Assembly (NCBI GenBank): GCA_965223855.1
Contig: CBDCXM010000009.1
Coordinates: 2,304,001 to 2,368,000 of the forward strand
Length of the DNA: 64,000 nt
Reading direction: 5' to 3'
Source of the DNA: Candidatus Multivoradales bacterium
Lineage (GTDB): Bacteria; Acidobacteriota; Thermoanaerobaculia; Multivoradales; JAHEKO01
In this document: in pieces, positions 49,690-59,137 of the stretch
Layout of the letters: the number at the start of each line of letters is the position of its first letter
Position numbering within the stretch: the first letter of the stretch is position 1
The notes under the pieces: model-generated
What the model saw: the letters and a program-made list of their open reading frames with translations, nothing else
Databases searched by the model: none
What the model was told of the DNA's origin: nothing
Made by a program: the position numbers and the translations under genes

Positions 49690-50331
49690 TCAGTCGACGC
49701 CGAACTCGGTCAGCTCCACCGGGATCTCGCAGGTCAGGCCGAGGTCGAAGGGGCCCACCGCGCCGTTGAATCCCTGGACCAGAACCAGGTACTCCTGACC
49801 GTCGGCGCTGACCCAGGTCACGGTCGATCCGCGGTTGAGGGTCGAGCCGGTCGACGAGATGACGCAGTCCGGATGGGGATTGGTGCCGTCCGGGCTGCCG
49901 TCGTCGTTGCCACCGATGCAGTCGTCGTCCAGGGCGCCGCAGTCGGAGGTGAAGACGTTGAGCTTGGTGTCGTAGTCGGTGTTGCCGCCGGTGTCGACCG
50001 AGAAGCAGGTGGTGACCTGCATCTCGCCGCCGTTCCCCTGGATGGAGTACCAGACTCCGGGGGCGGTGATCGAGGTTCCGCAGGTGGGGGGCGCCGGCAC
50101 CTCGTCGGTCGCCGCCGAAGTGCTTCCGGTGAGGATGTCGCCACAGCCGAGCGTGATCGGCGCCGAGCAGTCGTCGTTGGCGGGCGGACCGAGTTGCAGG
50201 ATCTCGCGGACGGGGCGGGTCCTTTCGGTGACGCCTCCGAGTTTGATTTCGTCCTGCGCAGTCGCGGCTGCTGCGAACGCGGCGATCAGAAGAGTCGCCA
50301 ACGCCAGATGCCGAAGATGGATGGTCTTCAT
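49690..50331 (-). CDS. Secreted protein with PANDDC motif and C-terminal IPVELTEFGVD
   Basis: Start MKTIHLRH, signal peptide; PANDDCS, GVWY, YDTKL, YLVLVQGF (PPC-like beta sandwich). Confidence 0.72.
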   Translation of the reverse strand: MKTIHLRHLALATLLIAAFAAAATAQDEIKLGGVTERTRPVREILQLGPPANDDCSAPITLGCGDILTGSTSAATDEVPAPPTCGTSITAPGVWYSIQGNGGEMQVTTCFSVDTGGNTDYDTKLNVFTSDCGALDDDCIGGNDDGSPDGTNPHPDCVISSTGSTLNRGSTVTWVSADGQEYLVLVQGFNGAVGPFDLGLTCEIPVELTEFGVD

Positions 50332-50633
50332 GCTGTCTCCCCTCGAAGCGAGTCGTTGGGTCTGATGGGCGGGATGTGAAGGGAATTTATCATGCGCTCG
50401 AGTGCGCGCTCCCGGCTCGGCACTCCCCTGCGACGTGTGAAGCACGACAAGCGACCCGCGTCGTTGTTTTGCCTCGACATTGGTAGGAATCATGAGACTG
50501 ATTTGACGTTGCTGCCTGGACGAGGTCGGGACGTGCGGTTGGCGGTGTGGCTCAGGCCCGGGCCCCGGAACCGACAGCGGTCCTGGTTGCGGTCCACAAA
50601 CCTCCTGGGAGATCAGAGGCCGATACCCGAGGC

Positions 50634-52442
50634 TCAGTCGCCGTGGTCGCCGCCAGGCCGCGGCATCGGGAGCAAGCCGTCGGGAGCGCCGAGAGTGTCC
50701 TCGGGCACTTCCGGTGCCGCACCCACCCTGCGGAACTCACCCCGCACCAGGCCCTGACTCGGGTTACGGATGGTGAGCGTGTCGTCCTGGCAGGTGTAGT
50801 CGAACGTCATGTTGCGTTCCTGCCCTTCCGCCACGAGGTCTTTGTCGGTGTCGAGCGGGCCCGACCCGCCTCGTCCGGCGGAGGAGGTTCGGGTCATCTT
50901 TCCGCGGGAGACGTCGCGCTCCTCGCAGACGTAGAGCTTGCCGTCACCGGTGCCCCAGAAGCCGAGTCCGGCGTTGACGGAGTAGCTCGTCACGGTTCGT
51001 ACCCACTGGTCGCCTTCGCGCTCGATCATGTCCATGTGGAACGGCTGGTCCGAGCGGAATCCGCGGTTGTCGAAGAAGGTCCAGACCGGCGGCGGCTGAT
51101 CGACGGCGAGGAGCTCGACGCTGGCGGCCATCGCGTGGTCGGGTGCCACGAAGTTGACGTCCTGCCAGCGGCCGAGCAGGCACGGATCCAGACCGTCGGG
51201 CAGGTGGTCGCAACTCCGGATGCAGGAGTCACCGGCCTTCTCGAACCGCACTTTGAGTGGCACTTCGTCGGGGTCGATCCCGTAACCGACGAGGACGAAC
51301 GGCTCCGTCTCGCCGCACACCGTCTCGAGCGTCAGCGGCCCGTCGAGCGGGATCCACAGGCCGTCCGGGTCGCCGTTCTCGAGCACCCCGGAGACGAAGC
51401 CGTCGCCCCCCTCGGGAAGCGTCAGCCGCCACTGGCCGGGCCCCAGCACGAAGCCGGAGCGGGCGAGGCGGCCGAACTTGCGGACGAAGGACTCTTCTTT
51501 GTCCTCGCGGATGTGGGTTGTCGGCCGCGAGTCGCGCCGGCTGGGAAGCACACGCCGGCCGTCGGGCAGGCGGATGTGGAAGGCCGAGTAGCGGGTCGCG
51601 AAGTCGAGCCAGTCCTGATCCTCGAGCGTGTCGAGGATGGAGGCGACCGAGTCCCCGTGGCCGTCGAGGCGGCGCAGGTAATCCATCGTGGCCCGGGCTC
51701 CGTAGGCCTCGGCATGCCAGGCGAAGACCGGCCATGCCCCGTAATCCATCTTGCGGATGTCGAGGTGCCGGTGGCGGAACTCGAACCACAACAGCCAGTT
51801 GTGCGCAGCGTTCCCTTCGTCCAACGGCACGTTCGGAATGGCCGAGAAGGCGAACCAGTTGGCACCGCCTTCCAGATACCAGGAGAGCGGGTCGTCGTCC
51901 TCTCCGGTGGCGTCCTCCCAGTAGGCGGTGCCGAAGGTCTGGTCCTGAATGCAGTGGAAGAGCTCGTGGGCCACGATGCGCGACAGTTCGATCGACCCGC
52001 GCCCGTGCCCGTGAGGCGAGATCGCGATGTAGCACCGGTTGTTCCTGACGTCCGATTCGCCATTGGTGGTGGAACTGGCGCCCGACTGGTCGGTCAGCAC
52101 CACCCGCACGTGGCGGCCGACACTCACGTCGGAGCCCAGCTCGGCGGCGAACGTCACCGCTCGATGCAGGGCGTCGTGCACTGCCTGCGCCTGCTCGTCG
52201 CTGACCTCCACCCCCTGTTCGTAGAGGTCGTAGGCGAGCGCCTGCAACGTTCCCCCGGAGCCCGTGACCGGGTTCGGCAGCGGGGCGTTGTCGATCACCG
52301 AGTAGCAGTCGCCACCGAACGTCCGCCCCCACAGCGACGGATCGTCGTCGGGCAGGAACAGCTCAGGCGCGCAGGTGCCCCGAGCCGACGCGCTGCCGGC
52401 CACCAGGGCCAGGGTCATGAGGAGGGTTGCTGTCTTCGTCAT
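50634..52442 (-). CDS. Secreted HExxH metallopeptidase-like protein
   Basis: Start MTKTATLL, signal peptide; VAHELFHCIQ...WYLEGGANW gluzincin-like pattern. Confidence 0.68.
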   Translation of the reverse strand: MTKTATLLMTLALVAGSASARGTCAPELFLPDDDPSLWGRTFGGDCYSVIDNAPLPNPVTGSGGTLQALAYDLYEQGVEVSDEQAQAVHDALHRAVTFAAELGSDVSVGRHVRVVLTDQSGASSTTNGESDVRNNRCYIAISPHGHGRGSIELSRIVAHELFHCIQDQTFGTAYWEDATGEDDDPLSWYLEGGANWFAFSAIPNVPLDEGNAAHNWLLWFEFRHRHLDIRKMDYGAWPVFAWHAEAYGARATMDYLRRLDGHGDSVASILDTLEDQDWLDFATRYSAFHIRLPDGRRVLPSRRDSRPTTHIREDKEESFVRKFGRLARSGFVLGPGQWRLTLPEGGDGFVSGVLENGDPDGLWIPLDGPLTLETVCGETEPFVLVGYGIDPDEVPLKVRFEKAGDSCIRSCDHLPDGLDPCLLGRWQDVNFVAPDHAMAASVELLAVDQPPPVWTFFDNRGFRSDQPFHMDMIEREGDQWVRTVTSYSVNAGLGFWGTGDGKLYVCEERDVSRGKMTRTSSAGRGGSGPLDTDKDLVAEGQERNMTFDYTCQDDTLTIRNPSQGLVRGEFRRVGAAPEVPEDTLGAPDGLLPMPRPGGDHGD

Positions 52443-52471
52443 TGGGGGGAGGCTTGCCTCAGCCGTGAGCC

Positions 52472-53164
52472 TCACGGAATCCGCTCCGGCGCGGCTCGCA
52501 GCAGCGAGATCCCGAAGATGGAGAACCAGAGCATGTGGAGAGGTCCGGCTCCCATCGAGGTGATCCCCAGGATCGGGACCAGACCCTGGAACATCTGCGT
52601 GACCGCGAAGACGCCGCACAGCATCCCCAGCCAGCAGACCCATCGCGGGACGATGCCGTGGCGCAGTGCGACCCAGGCCATCATGGCGCTGCCACAGGCG
52701 ACCACCAGAGCCGGCCCGACGAAGGCGGAGAGCGCCAGGTACTGGACCTGGAAGATGTCGACCACGGCCAGCACGCTCGGCTGTAGGGGATCCTGCTTCA
52801 GCGAAAGCCACCACATCAGGCCGACTTGCGTCGCGAAGCCCGCCACGGCGACCGGAATACCCACCGAATAGCCGAGCAGGGAGAGGGCACGGCGCCAGTC
52901 GTCTTCGAACCGTCGGTGGAAGAGGCAGCGGGCGCAGCCGAGCATACAGACGAAGCCGGCCACGAGGCTGCTCATCGCCAGCCTCCACCCGACCGGATGC
53001 ACGCGGACCGCCTCGATCCAGGCGGACGAGTCGCCGCCCCGAAGTGTGTCGACGGCGAACGCATGGCCCTGAGCCGAGCCGACGAACGCGTAGGTGAGCA
53101 CGAGCGGGCCGACGAGCGATCCGAAGACGCCGGCCCAACGGACGGACGCGATCTCCTTGTTCAT
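52472..53164 (-). CDS. DUF4386-like membrane protein
   Basis: About 6 TMs, IVPRWVCWLG; GGAGG RBS. Confidence 0.55.
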   Translation of the reverse strand: MNKEIASVRWAGVFGSLVGPLVLTYAFVGSAQGHAFAVDTLRGGDSSAWIEAVRVHPVGWRLAMSSLVAGFVCMLGCARCLFHRRFEDDWRRALSLLGYSVGIPVAVAGFATQVGLMWWLSLKQDPLQPSVLAVVDIFQVQYLALSAFVGPALVVACGSAMMAWVALRHGIVPRWVCWLGMLCGVFAVTQMFQGLVPILGITSMGAGPLHMLWFSIFGISLLRAAPERIP

Positions 53165-53259
53165 GGCAACCTCCGTCGGGAGCCTACAGGACGGGACTGG
53201 TCGTGTTCGCGCGGCAGGCCCCGCCGCTTTGGGCTACGGAAGGGGGATGCGTTGAGGAC

Positions 53260-53709
53260 ATGACGAGTCTTGGGCCAAGGCCGGTGGCACGGAGGTATGG
53301 CGCTGCGGTGTTCATCGGCTCTCCGGGAGCGATCGCGAGCCTAGCGCTGCCGTCTCGTCTGCGGGTTCCGGAAGCTCTCTACTTCGACTTGCTGCTCGTC
53401 CTTGCGGTCGTCGTGCTGGCCGTCAACGGACTCCATGGCTGGCTACTCGCGTGCATTCGAGACAGGGCTCCGGATACCTGGAATGTGCTCGGCCGGCCAA
53501 GTCCGTGGCCGTTCCCGAGGAGTGGGTTGGGCGGTTGGGCTCCGTCGGTGCTTCGAGCTGTCAAGCGCCCCGAGCTGGTGAAGTCGCTGGAGAAAAAGGA
53601 CGCCGGCTTCCGATGGATCTTCACCACGCTTCGCTGTCTGAGCGGGCTGGGCAAGGTTCTCTTTGCGTTGCTCCTGCTCGCCTTTGTCTTCATCGAAAGG
53701 GCACCCTGA
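53260..53709 (+). CDS. Hypothetical membrane protein (start uncertain)
   Basis: 2-3 hydrophobic segments, PDTWNVLGRP; GAGGA RBS before ATG 53260. Confidence 0.45.
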   Translation: MTSLGPRPVARRYGAAVFIGSPGAIASLALPSRLRVPEALYFDLLLVLAVVVLAVNGLHGWLLACIRDRAPDTWNVLGRPSPWPFPRSGLGGWAPSVLRAVKRPELVKSLEKKDAGFRWIFTTLRCLSGLGKVLFALLLLAFVFIERAP

Positions 53710-53811
53710 CGTCCGATCCTCGTCCGAGACGCGAACCGGGGGCTCCAACCAGACATGCCGCGCGGAAGGTGAGCCGGGACTCTCTCCCTGAGCCGGCCTT
53801 CCGACTGGAAC

Positions 53812-54459
53812 TCAGTCGGCCAGGAGCCGTGCGCGGAGCTCCGAGAGCCTTTCGGCGGCGGAGAAGTTCTCTGCCAGCAGGTACTCGGAGACGAGCCAGT
53901 CGAGCCGGTGGGCGAGGGCGGCATCCAGAGGAAGCATCCCCTGCTCGAGCAGCAGGTAGGGGTGCTCGCCGAGCTTTCGGGCCTGGTCGGCTCTGCCCTG
54001 GCTCTCGTACAGGTGCTGCAGCCGAGCGACGTAGATCGCGACGGAAGACGGCTTGCCGGAAATCCCCGGGGTGGCAGCTGAGCCCGGGCCTCGTGAGAGG
54101 AGCATCTCTACGACGGCCAGCGACTGCATCGACTCCGCGCGCTCGTGGTCGCCGTCGAGGTAGGCGACCAGGCCGAGTTCGTCCAGCGTTTCGGCGAACC
54201 GCCAGTCTCTGGCTCCGAAGGCTCTTGCAAGGAGCGCACCGGCGCAGAACTCGAGATGGGCAGCGTCGAGGTCGCCCGTTCGGATCGCTTCGATTCCCGC
54301 GAGGTAGTGGCGGTTCCAGGCGGCATCGGTCGACCCTTCCTGGCCCTCCGACGACTCGAGGACGAACTGTCCGTCTCGCCGGCAGGTCTCCGGGACCCAT
54401 CGTTCGAGGGGAGCTCGGTCGCTTTCGTTCTTCCCGCTCTCGGCGGGCATTGCGGCCAT
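53812..54459 (-). CDS. TPR-like helical repeat protein
   Basis: FGARDWRFAETLDELGLVAYLDGDHERAE and LYESQGRADQA resemble kinesin-light-chain-type TPRs. Confidence 0.55.
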   Translation of the reverse strand: MAAMPAESGKNESDRAPLERWVPETCRRDGQFVLESSEGQEGSTDAAWNRHYLAGIEAIRTGDLDAAHLEFCAGALLARAFGARDWRFAETLDELGLVAYLDGDHERAESMQSLAVVEMLLSRGPGSAATPGISGKPSSVAIYVARLQHLYESQGRADQARKLGEHPYLLLEQGMLPLDAALAHRLDWLVSEYLLAENFSAAERLSELRARLLAD

Positions 54460-54475
54460 CGGGGAGGGAGCGAAA

Positions 54476-54674
54476 GGAGTTTCGGTGACAGGATACTTTT
54501 CTTTGCGACGAGGAGTTTCGGTGACAGGATACTTTTCTTTGCGACGGGGAGTTTCGGTGACAGGATACTCTTCTTTGCGACGGCTCTTCTCTTCGCCCCG
54601 TTGCCTCGTCGCGTCTCAGGGCGACGGACCGAGTGGAGTGGAAGGGGAGTTAAGTAACCTGTCACCGAAACTCC
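54476..54674. repeat. REP-like element 4: three tandem 36-bp units plus one inverted arm
   Basis: GGAGTTTCGGTGACAGGATACTYTTCTTTGCGACGR at 54476, 54512 and 54548; inverted AAGTAACCTGTCACCGAAACTCC at 54652-54674 (22/23 match). Confidence 0.92.
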
Positions 54675-54725
54675 GATGTTGATCCACCACTGCCGACGCG
54701 CAGCTCTCTTGCGAGACTCATCGCG

Positions 54726-56054
54726 ATGCGGCGTGCACTCGACATCGCTGTGCTGGGGTGGTTGGTACTGGCTGCATCCACCGCAGCCCAGCCTCCTTGC
54801 GATCCTCTCCCGCCCCCCGCAGGTCCGGTCGTCGACGTCTTCCCTGCGGACGCCGGCCAGCTTCGCTCGATCGTGGCAGGCGCCGCTGCCGGCACGACGC
54901 TTCTCCTCCACGACGGCTTCTACGACCTGAGCCACGGTGACAGCAACGACCGGCTGAGCTTCCACACCCCCGGCGTGACGCTTCGCTCGGTGAGCGGCAA
55001 CCGCTCGGCCGTAGTCCTCGACGGCGACTACACCACCAACGAGCTGATCAGCATCCACGCCTCGAACGTGACGATCGCCGACCTCACGGTTCAGCGTGCC
55101 TTCCATCACCCGATCCACGTCTCCGGGCAGGCGGGGGCGCCGATCGACGGGGTGGTGCTCCACAACCTGCACGTCGTCGATCCGGGGGAGCAGGCGATCA
55201 AGATCAACGCCGTGGGCGACGGCTACGCGGACAACGGCGTGGTCGAGTGCAGCCTGATCGAGCTGACCGACGTGGGGCGGCTCGAGATCAGGAACAACTG
55301 CTACACCGGCGGCATCGACGCCCACAAGGCGTGGGGATGGGTCGTTCGACGCAACCGCATCACCGGCTTCTGGTGCGACCAGGGACTCTCGGAGCATGCG
55401 ATCCATTTCTGGAGCGCCTCACGGGACACGCTCGTCGAGGAGAACGCGATCGCCGACTGCGCACGGGGAATCGGCTTCGGCCTCGGGTCGAGCGGGGCGG
55501 ATCGGACGTACGCCGACAACCCGTATCCGGGCGTTGGCTACCTGGGGCATATCGACGGCACGATCCGCAACAACTTCGTCGCCGCCAACGACCCCGCGCT
55601 TTTCGCCTCGGTGTCCGGGTTCGATACCGGAGTCGGGCTGGAGCAGGCCCGCGGCACTGTGGTGTTCCACAACAGCGTGGCCTCGACCGAGGCGCCTGCA
55701 TCTTCATCCATCGAGTGGCGCTTTCCCAACACGCTGGCCGAGATCGCCAACAACCTGGCGAGCGATCGATTGCTCGAACGAAACGGGGGAGTGGCGAGCC
55801 TCGCGACAAACCTCGAGCATGTGGCGTTGTCGTGGTTCACGGATGTGGCGGCGGGGGACCTGCATCTGACTCCGGCAGCGACCGGCGCCGTAGACGGAGG
55901 GACGGCTCTGCCGCCCGGGTTTGCCGACCTCGATATCGACCTCGAACCGCGCGACAGCTCACCGGACGTCGGGGCCGACGAGGTCGGCGACACGATCTTC
56001 GCCGACGGGTTCGAGTCGGGGGATACGTCGGGCTGGTCGGCGACGGTGCCGTGA
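54726..56054 (+). CDS. Secreted right-handed parallel beta-helix protein with C-terminal IFADGFESGDTSGWS motif
   Basis: Signal peptide; repeated xxxN beta-helix rungs; DLHL...VDGG...D.D..PR...PDVGADE. Confidence 0.82.
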   Translation: MRRALDIAVLGWLVLAASTAAQPPCDPLPPPAGPVVDVFPADAGQLRSIVAGAAAGTTLLLHDGFYDLSHGDSNDRLSFHTPGVTLRSVSGNRSAVVLDGDYTTNELISIHASNVTIADLTVQRAFHHPIHVSGQAGAPIDGVVLHNLHVVDPGEQAIKINAVGDGYADNGVVECSLIELTDVGRLEIRNNCYTGGIDAHKAWGWVVRRNRITGFWCDQGLSEHAIHFWSASRDTLVEENAIADCARGIGFGLGSSGADRTYADNPYPGVGYLGHIDGTIRNNFVAANDPALFASVSGFDTGVGLEQARGTVVFHNSVASTEAPASSSIEWRFPNTLAEIANNLASDRLLERNGGVASLATNLEHVALSWFTDVAAGDLHLTPAATGAVDGGTALPPGFADLDIDLEPRDSSPDVGADEVGDTIFADGFESGDTSGWSATVP

Positions 56055-56130
56055 GGGACTGCCCGCAGGGCCTCGGACCCGAGGCGCAGCTGCTCAGGGC
56101 CGAGCGGTGTCGAGGTTCGGCAAGCCAGCG

Positions 56131-58170
56131 CTACGGCGTCTCGGACCCTGTCGTGAACAGGATCGTTCCGTAGAGGCCCGAGGCCAGGACGCCGCCCGTC
56201 GAGGGGGCCAGGACATCGCGGCCGAAGCCTACTGAGTAGTCGCCACTCTGCCAGTCCGTCGTTCCGTTCCGGTAGCGGTACAGGCGCCGGTCGCTGCCGT
56301 ACCAGATCGTGTCGCCGCGGACAGCAAAGCCGTGAATCGGGTTCTGGGTGATCTGCTGTTCGTCGACCACCACGTAAGTACCCTGCTCGAAGCGCATCGT
56401 GGTCAGCACTCCGTCGTTACCCGCCAGTCTGATGAGGGGCGAGCCGTAGCTCGGTGCCACGGAAAGATCCGTGAAAGCGCCTTCGAGCGAGAACTCGGTC
56501 TCGCCGGTGCGCGCGTCGAGAACGAGCAGCTCTCCGAAGGAGCCGTGGCTCTTGAGCGCCAGGAGCTCCGGCGCCGGGTCACGATCTGTGTTTCCTACCC
56601 GTAGAGCCGTGGCAGGCGGGCTCCCGTCGGTCGTTCTCCAGAGCTCTCGACCGTCTCGCGCGTCGAACGCCGCGATGTAGGCGCCGGCCGGGTCACTCAC
56701 GCCGGCGATGAAAGCCCTCAATCTTTCGTTGCCGAGGCCCTCGACAGAGGTGAAGGAGGTCGTGGCGGAGTCGAAGGTCTTGCGCCCGATCGACTTGAAC
56801 CCGTCTCCTCGGAACTTCCAGGCGTCCAGGGAGGAGCCATGGGTGTGGCTTCCCGCGAAGAGGATCTCGGCACACCCGTCGCGATCCACGTCTCGCACCC
56901 TGAGGTCGACCGCTCTCGTCGCGTCCCTGTCGCCGGCTCGAAGCACGGTTCTGATGGCGAGAGTCACGGGGTCGAGGACAAGAACCGCTGCCGGATCGGC
57001 ACCGGACAGTTGGCTGCCCGCGGCGACGACCAGCTCGGGCTCCCCGTCACAGTCGACATCGGCCTCCTCCGGTCCGAGGAAGGGGCCCCGCAACGACAGA
57101 CTGCGCCACTCCGGCTTGCCCGTCGCCCCGTTCGTGGCGTGAAGATAGTCGGGGCCGGAGCTGTGACCGCCGGCGCTCCAGAAGACCTCCTTGATTCCGT
57201 CTCCGTCGAGGTCCTGAACCGCGAAGCCCTTGGTCGTGTCTCCCTGGCTGACCCACTCGCGCAGCAGAGTCGAGGTGTCGTAGGCATTGACTCCACCGGG
57301 GCCGTCGAAGACCACCTCAATCGCGCGGTCGTCATCCAGGTTGCCGAGGCCGATCTTGCCTCGCGATTGGACGCCGAGCGTCCAGAGCTCCGACCGGGTC
57401 TCCACGTCCCACGCATAGACCGACGAGAGATAGGTGCCGACGAGCTCCAGGTTGCCGTCGTGGTCGAGGTCCGCCGCGCTCAGGCCCAGCGTCCTGTATT
57501 CGGCGAACCGCCAGACAGGCTCGAGGGTCGGCAGATCGAAGACCCAGCCGCCGTCCACCGCCACCTCCAGATCGGCATCACCGTCCATCTGTCCCAACAC
57601 CAGGCTGGTGCTGTAGAAGTCGTCGACGGCCGCGAGGCGCTGGCCCGAAGAGGAGAACAGCGCCAACTGGCAGTCGATACCGACGAACTCGGGAGCCGGA
57701 CCGCCGAACAGGTCGACGGCTTCCACCGCCTGGAGCGAACATCCGGACCGTACCTGCAGCTGTACCGCCCCCAGCTCCCGCTTGTCGGTGGCGGAGAAGA
57801 AGCGAACTCTGCCGGTGACGCCTGCCGCGTAGATCCGGCGTTCACTGATGCCGGGAGCCTCGCGAACGACCCCGACCTGAGCGAGGATTCCCAGGCTGTC
57901 GCTCACGAAGGCGGTTCGGTATCCGTCCGACTCGGTCGGCTTGACGGTGTACCAGTAGGCGCCGGGATGCGGCGCGGTCGCCAGCATCTCCCGATCGATG
58001 CCGGGCGAGAGCGGCATCAGACCCGCCTCTCCGATCCGGGTGCCGAAGCTCGCGAGCCCCCGAATCGGCCGCGGCTCCGAGTCCACGTCGGTCTGTCCCG
58101 AGGCGACACCTGTCGAGAACAACGCGACAAGCGATGCAGCCAGCAGCCCGGGTGAACGGCGGAGGTTCAC
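56131..58170 (-). CDS. Secreted FG-GAP/VCBS-repeat beta-propeller protein
   Basis: Signal peptide; repeated DxDxDGxxE (DLDHDGNLE, DLDGDGIKE, DVDCDGEPE, DVDRDGCAE). Confidence 0.8.
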   Translation of the reverse strand: MNLRRSPGLLAASLVALFSTGVASGQTDVDSEPRPIRGLASFGTRIGEAGLMPLSPGIDREMLATAPHPGAYWYTVKPTESDGYRTAFVSDSLGILAQVGVVREAPGISERRIYAAGVTGRVRFFSATDKRELGAVQLQVRSGCSLQAVEAVDLFGGPAPEFVGIDCQLALFSSSGQRLAAVDDFYSTSLVLGQMDGDADLEVAVDGGWVFDLPTLEPVWRFAEYRTLGLSAADLDHDGNLELVGTYLSSVYAWDVETRSELWTLGVQSRGKIGLGNLDDDRAIEVVFDGPGGVNAYDTSTLLREWVSQGDTTKGFAVQDLDGDGIKEVFWSAGGHSSGPDYLHATNGATGKPEWRSLSLRGPFLGPEEADVDCDGEPELVVAAGSQLSGADPAAVLVLDPVTLAIRTVLRAGDRDATRAVDLRVRDVDRDGCAEILFAGSHTHGSSLDAWKFRGDGFKSIGRKTFDSATTSFTSVEGLGNERLRAFIAGVSDPAGAYIAAFDARDGRELWRTTDGSPPATALRVGNTDRDPAPELLALKSHGSFGELLVLDARTGETEFSLEGAFTDLSVAPSYGSPLIRLAGNDGVLTTMRFEQGTYVVVDEQQITQNPIHGFAVRGDTIWYGSDRRLYRYRNGTTDWQSGDYSVGFGRDVLAPSTGGVLASGLYGTILFTTGSETP

Positions 58171-58465
58171 GACGGGCAGAGTCTAGCAAGGAAGGGCCGA
58201 TGCTCCCGGAGCTGCCGCGCCGGAAGCCTGAGAGCTCGCCAGAGCGTCACGGAGACGAGGATGCCCGAGCTCGCTCGCCCGGTACGGAGCTGGAGCCGGG
58301 AAAGTCGGGGAGTCGCGGCCCCGTTGGTATGCCTCGCGGTACTGCTGTAGATAGTTGTGTAGCGGGATGGCTCGATTGCAAAGCCGTGCCCCAGAGCACA
58401 GAATCAGCGCCTGTTTGCAGGGTGAACAGCTGCCATCTCATCCCGGGGGGGCCGGAATCGGATGC

Positions 58466-59137
58466 ATGCGAAACACCCGAATCAGGAAGGCCTTGTGCTC
58501 GCGCCGCTCCCGCGGCTACACGCTGGTGGGGATGATGGTGGCGGTCACCATCATCGCCGCCTCGCTGGCGTTCGTCCTGCCGGCGTTCCAGAACTGGATT
58601 CAACGGGCTCGCGTGGAGGGGTTCGGCAGAGAGCTGTCCGTGCTGCTCCGCCAGGCTCGGAGCGTGGCGGTTCGCGACGGCGTGCCCGTGGTCGTCGCCC
58701 TCGACGAGGACAGCGGCGCGGTGTTCGCGTTCCTGGATCGCTCCGAGGCGAGGCCGGTCGGCCCCGACGACGGGGTCTTCAACCCGGATGATGGCCTGCC
58801 TTCGGACCTCACGGATCTCCAGATCGGACGGCGCTTCCTTCCCGGTGGTGTCGGCTTCCTGACGCCTGGGGGAGACGACCTGATCGACGGCTTCACGAGG
58901 GTCGGCGCCGAGCGGGTCGCCGTGTTCGAGCCGGACGGCTGCGTTCGCAACAGCGGGGCGTTTCGTTTCGGAGATCAGTGGGGCAACTATCTCGAGGCGC
59001 GAGTCGGACCGGCGGCCTCCGCCCGCGTTCAACTCAGAAAGCACACCTCCGCCGGAGGCGGCGCCAACTGGCAAACGCGCGAGGAGGCCCCCTGGGAGTG
59101 GTACTGGGGCAAAGGCCGGCAGGCGACCGAATCGTGA
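58466..59137 (+). CDS. GspH/FimT-like pseudopilin
   Basis: Class III signal RRSRG|YTLVGMMVAVTIIA; LRQARSVAV helix; VFEPDG. Confidence 0.78.
   Translation: MRNTRIRKALCSRRSRGYTLVGMMVAVTIIAASLAFVLPAFQNWIQRARVEGFGRELSVLLRQARSVAVRDGVPVVVALDEDSGAVFAFLDRSEARPVGPDDGVFNPDDGLPSDLTDLQIGRRFLPGGVGFLTPGGDDLIDGFTRVGAERVAVFEPDGCVRNSGAFRFGDQWGNYLEARVGPAASARVQLRKHTSAGGGANWQTREEAPWEWYWGKGRQATES

Noticed and set aside
54476-54583. 36-bp repeats as a CRISPR array or TIGR array
   Set aside because: Units are directly adjacent and nearly identical with no variable spacers. No cas or Nop-domain gene is in the window, and the unit contains the dispersed REP-like motif.
58320-58385. Sigma-54 promoter upstream of the pseudopilin operon
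   Set aside because: TGGTATG and TTGCA elements are present but not at the required GG-N10-GC spacing.
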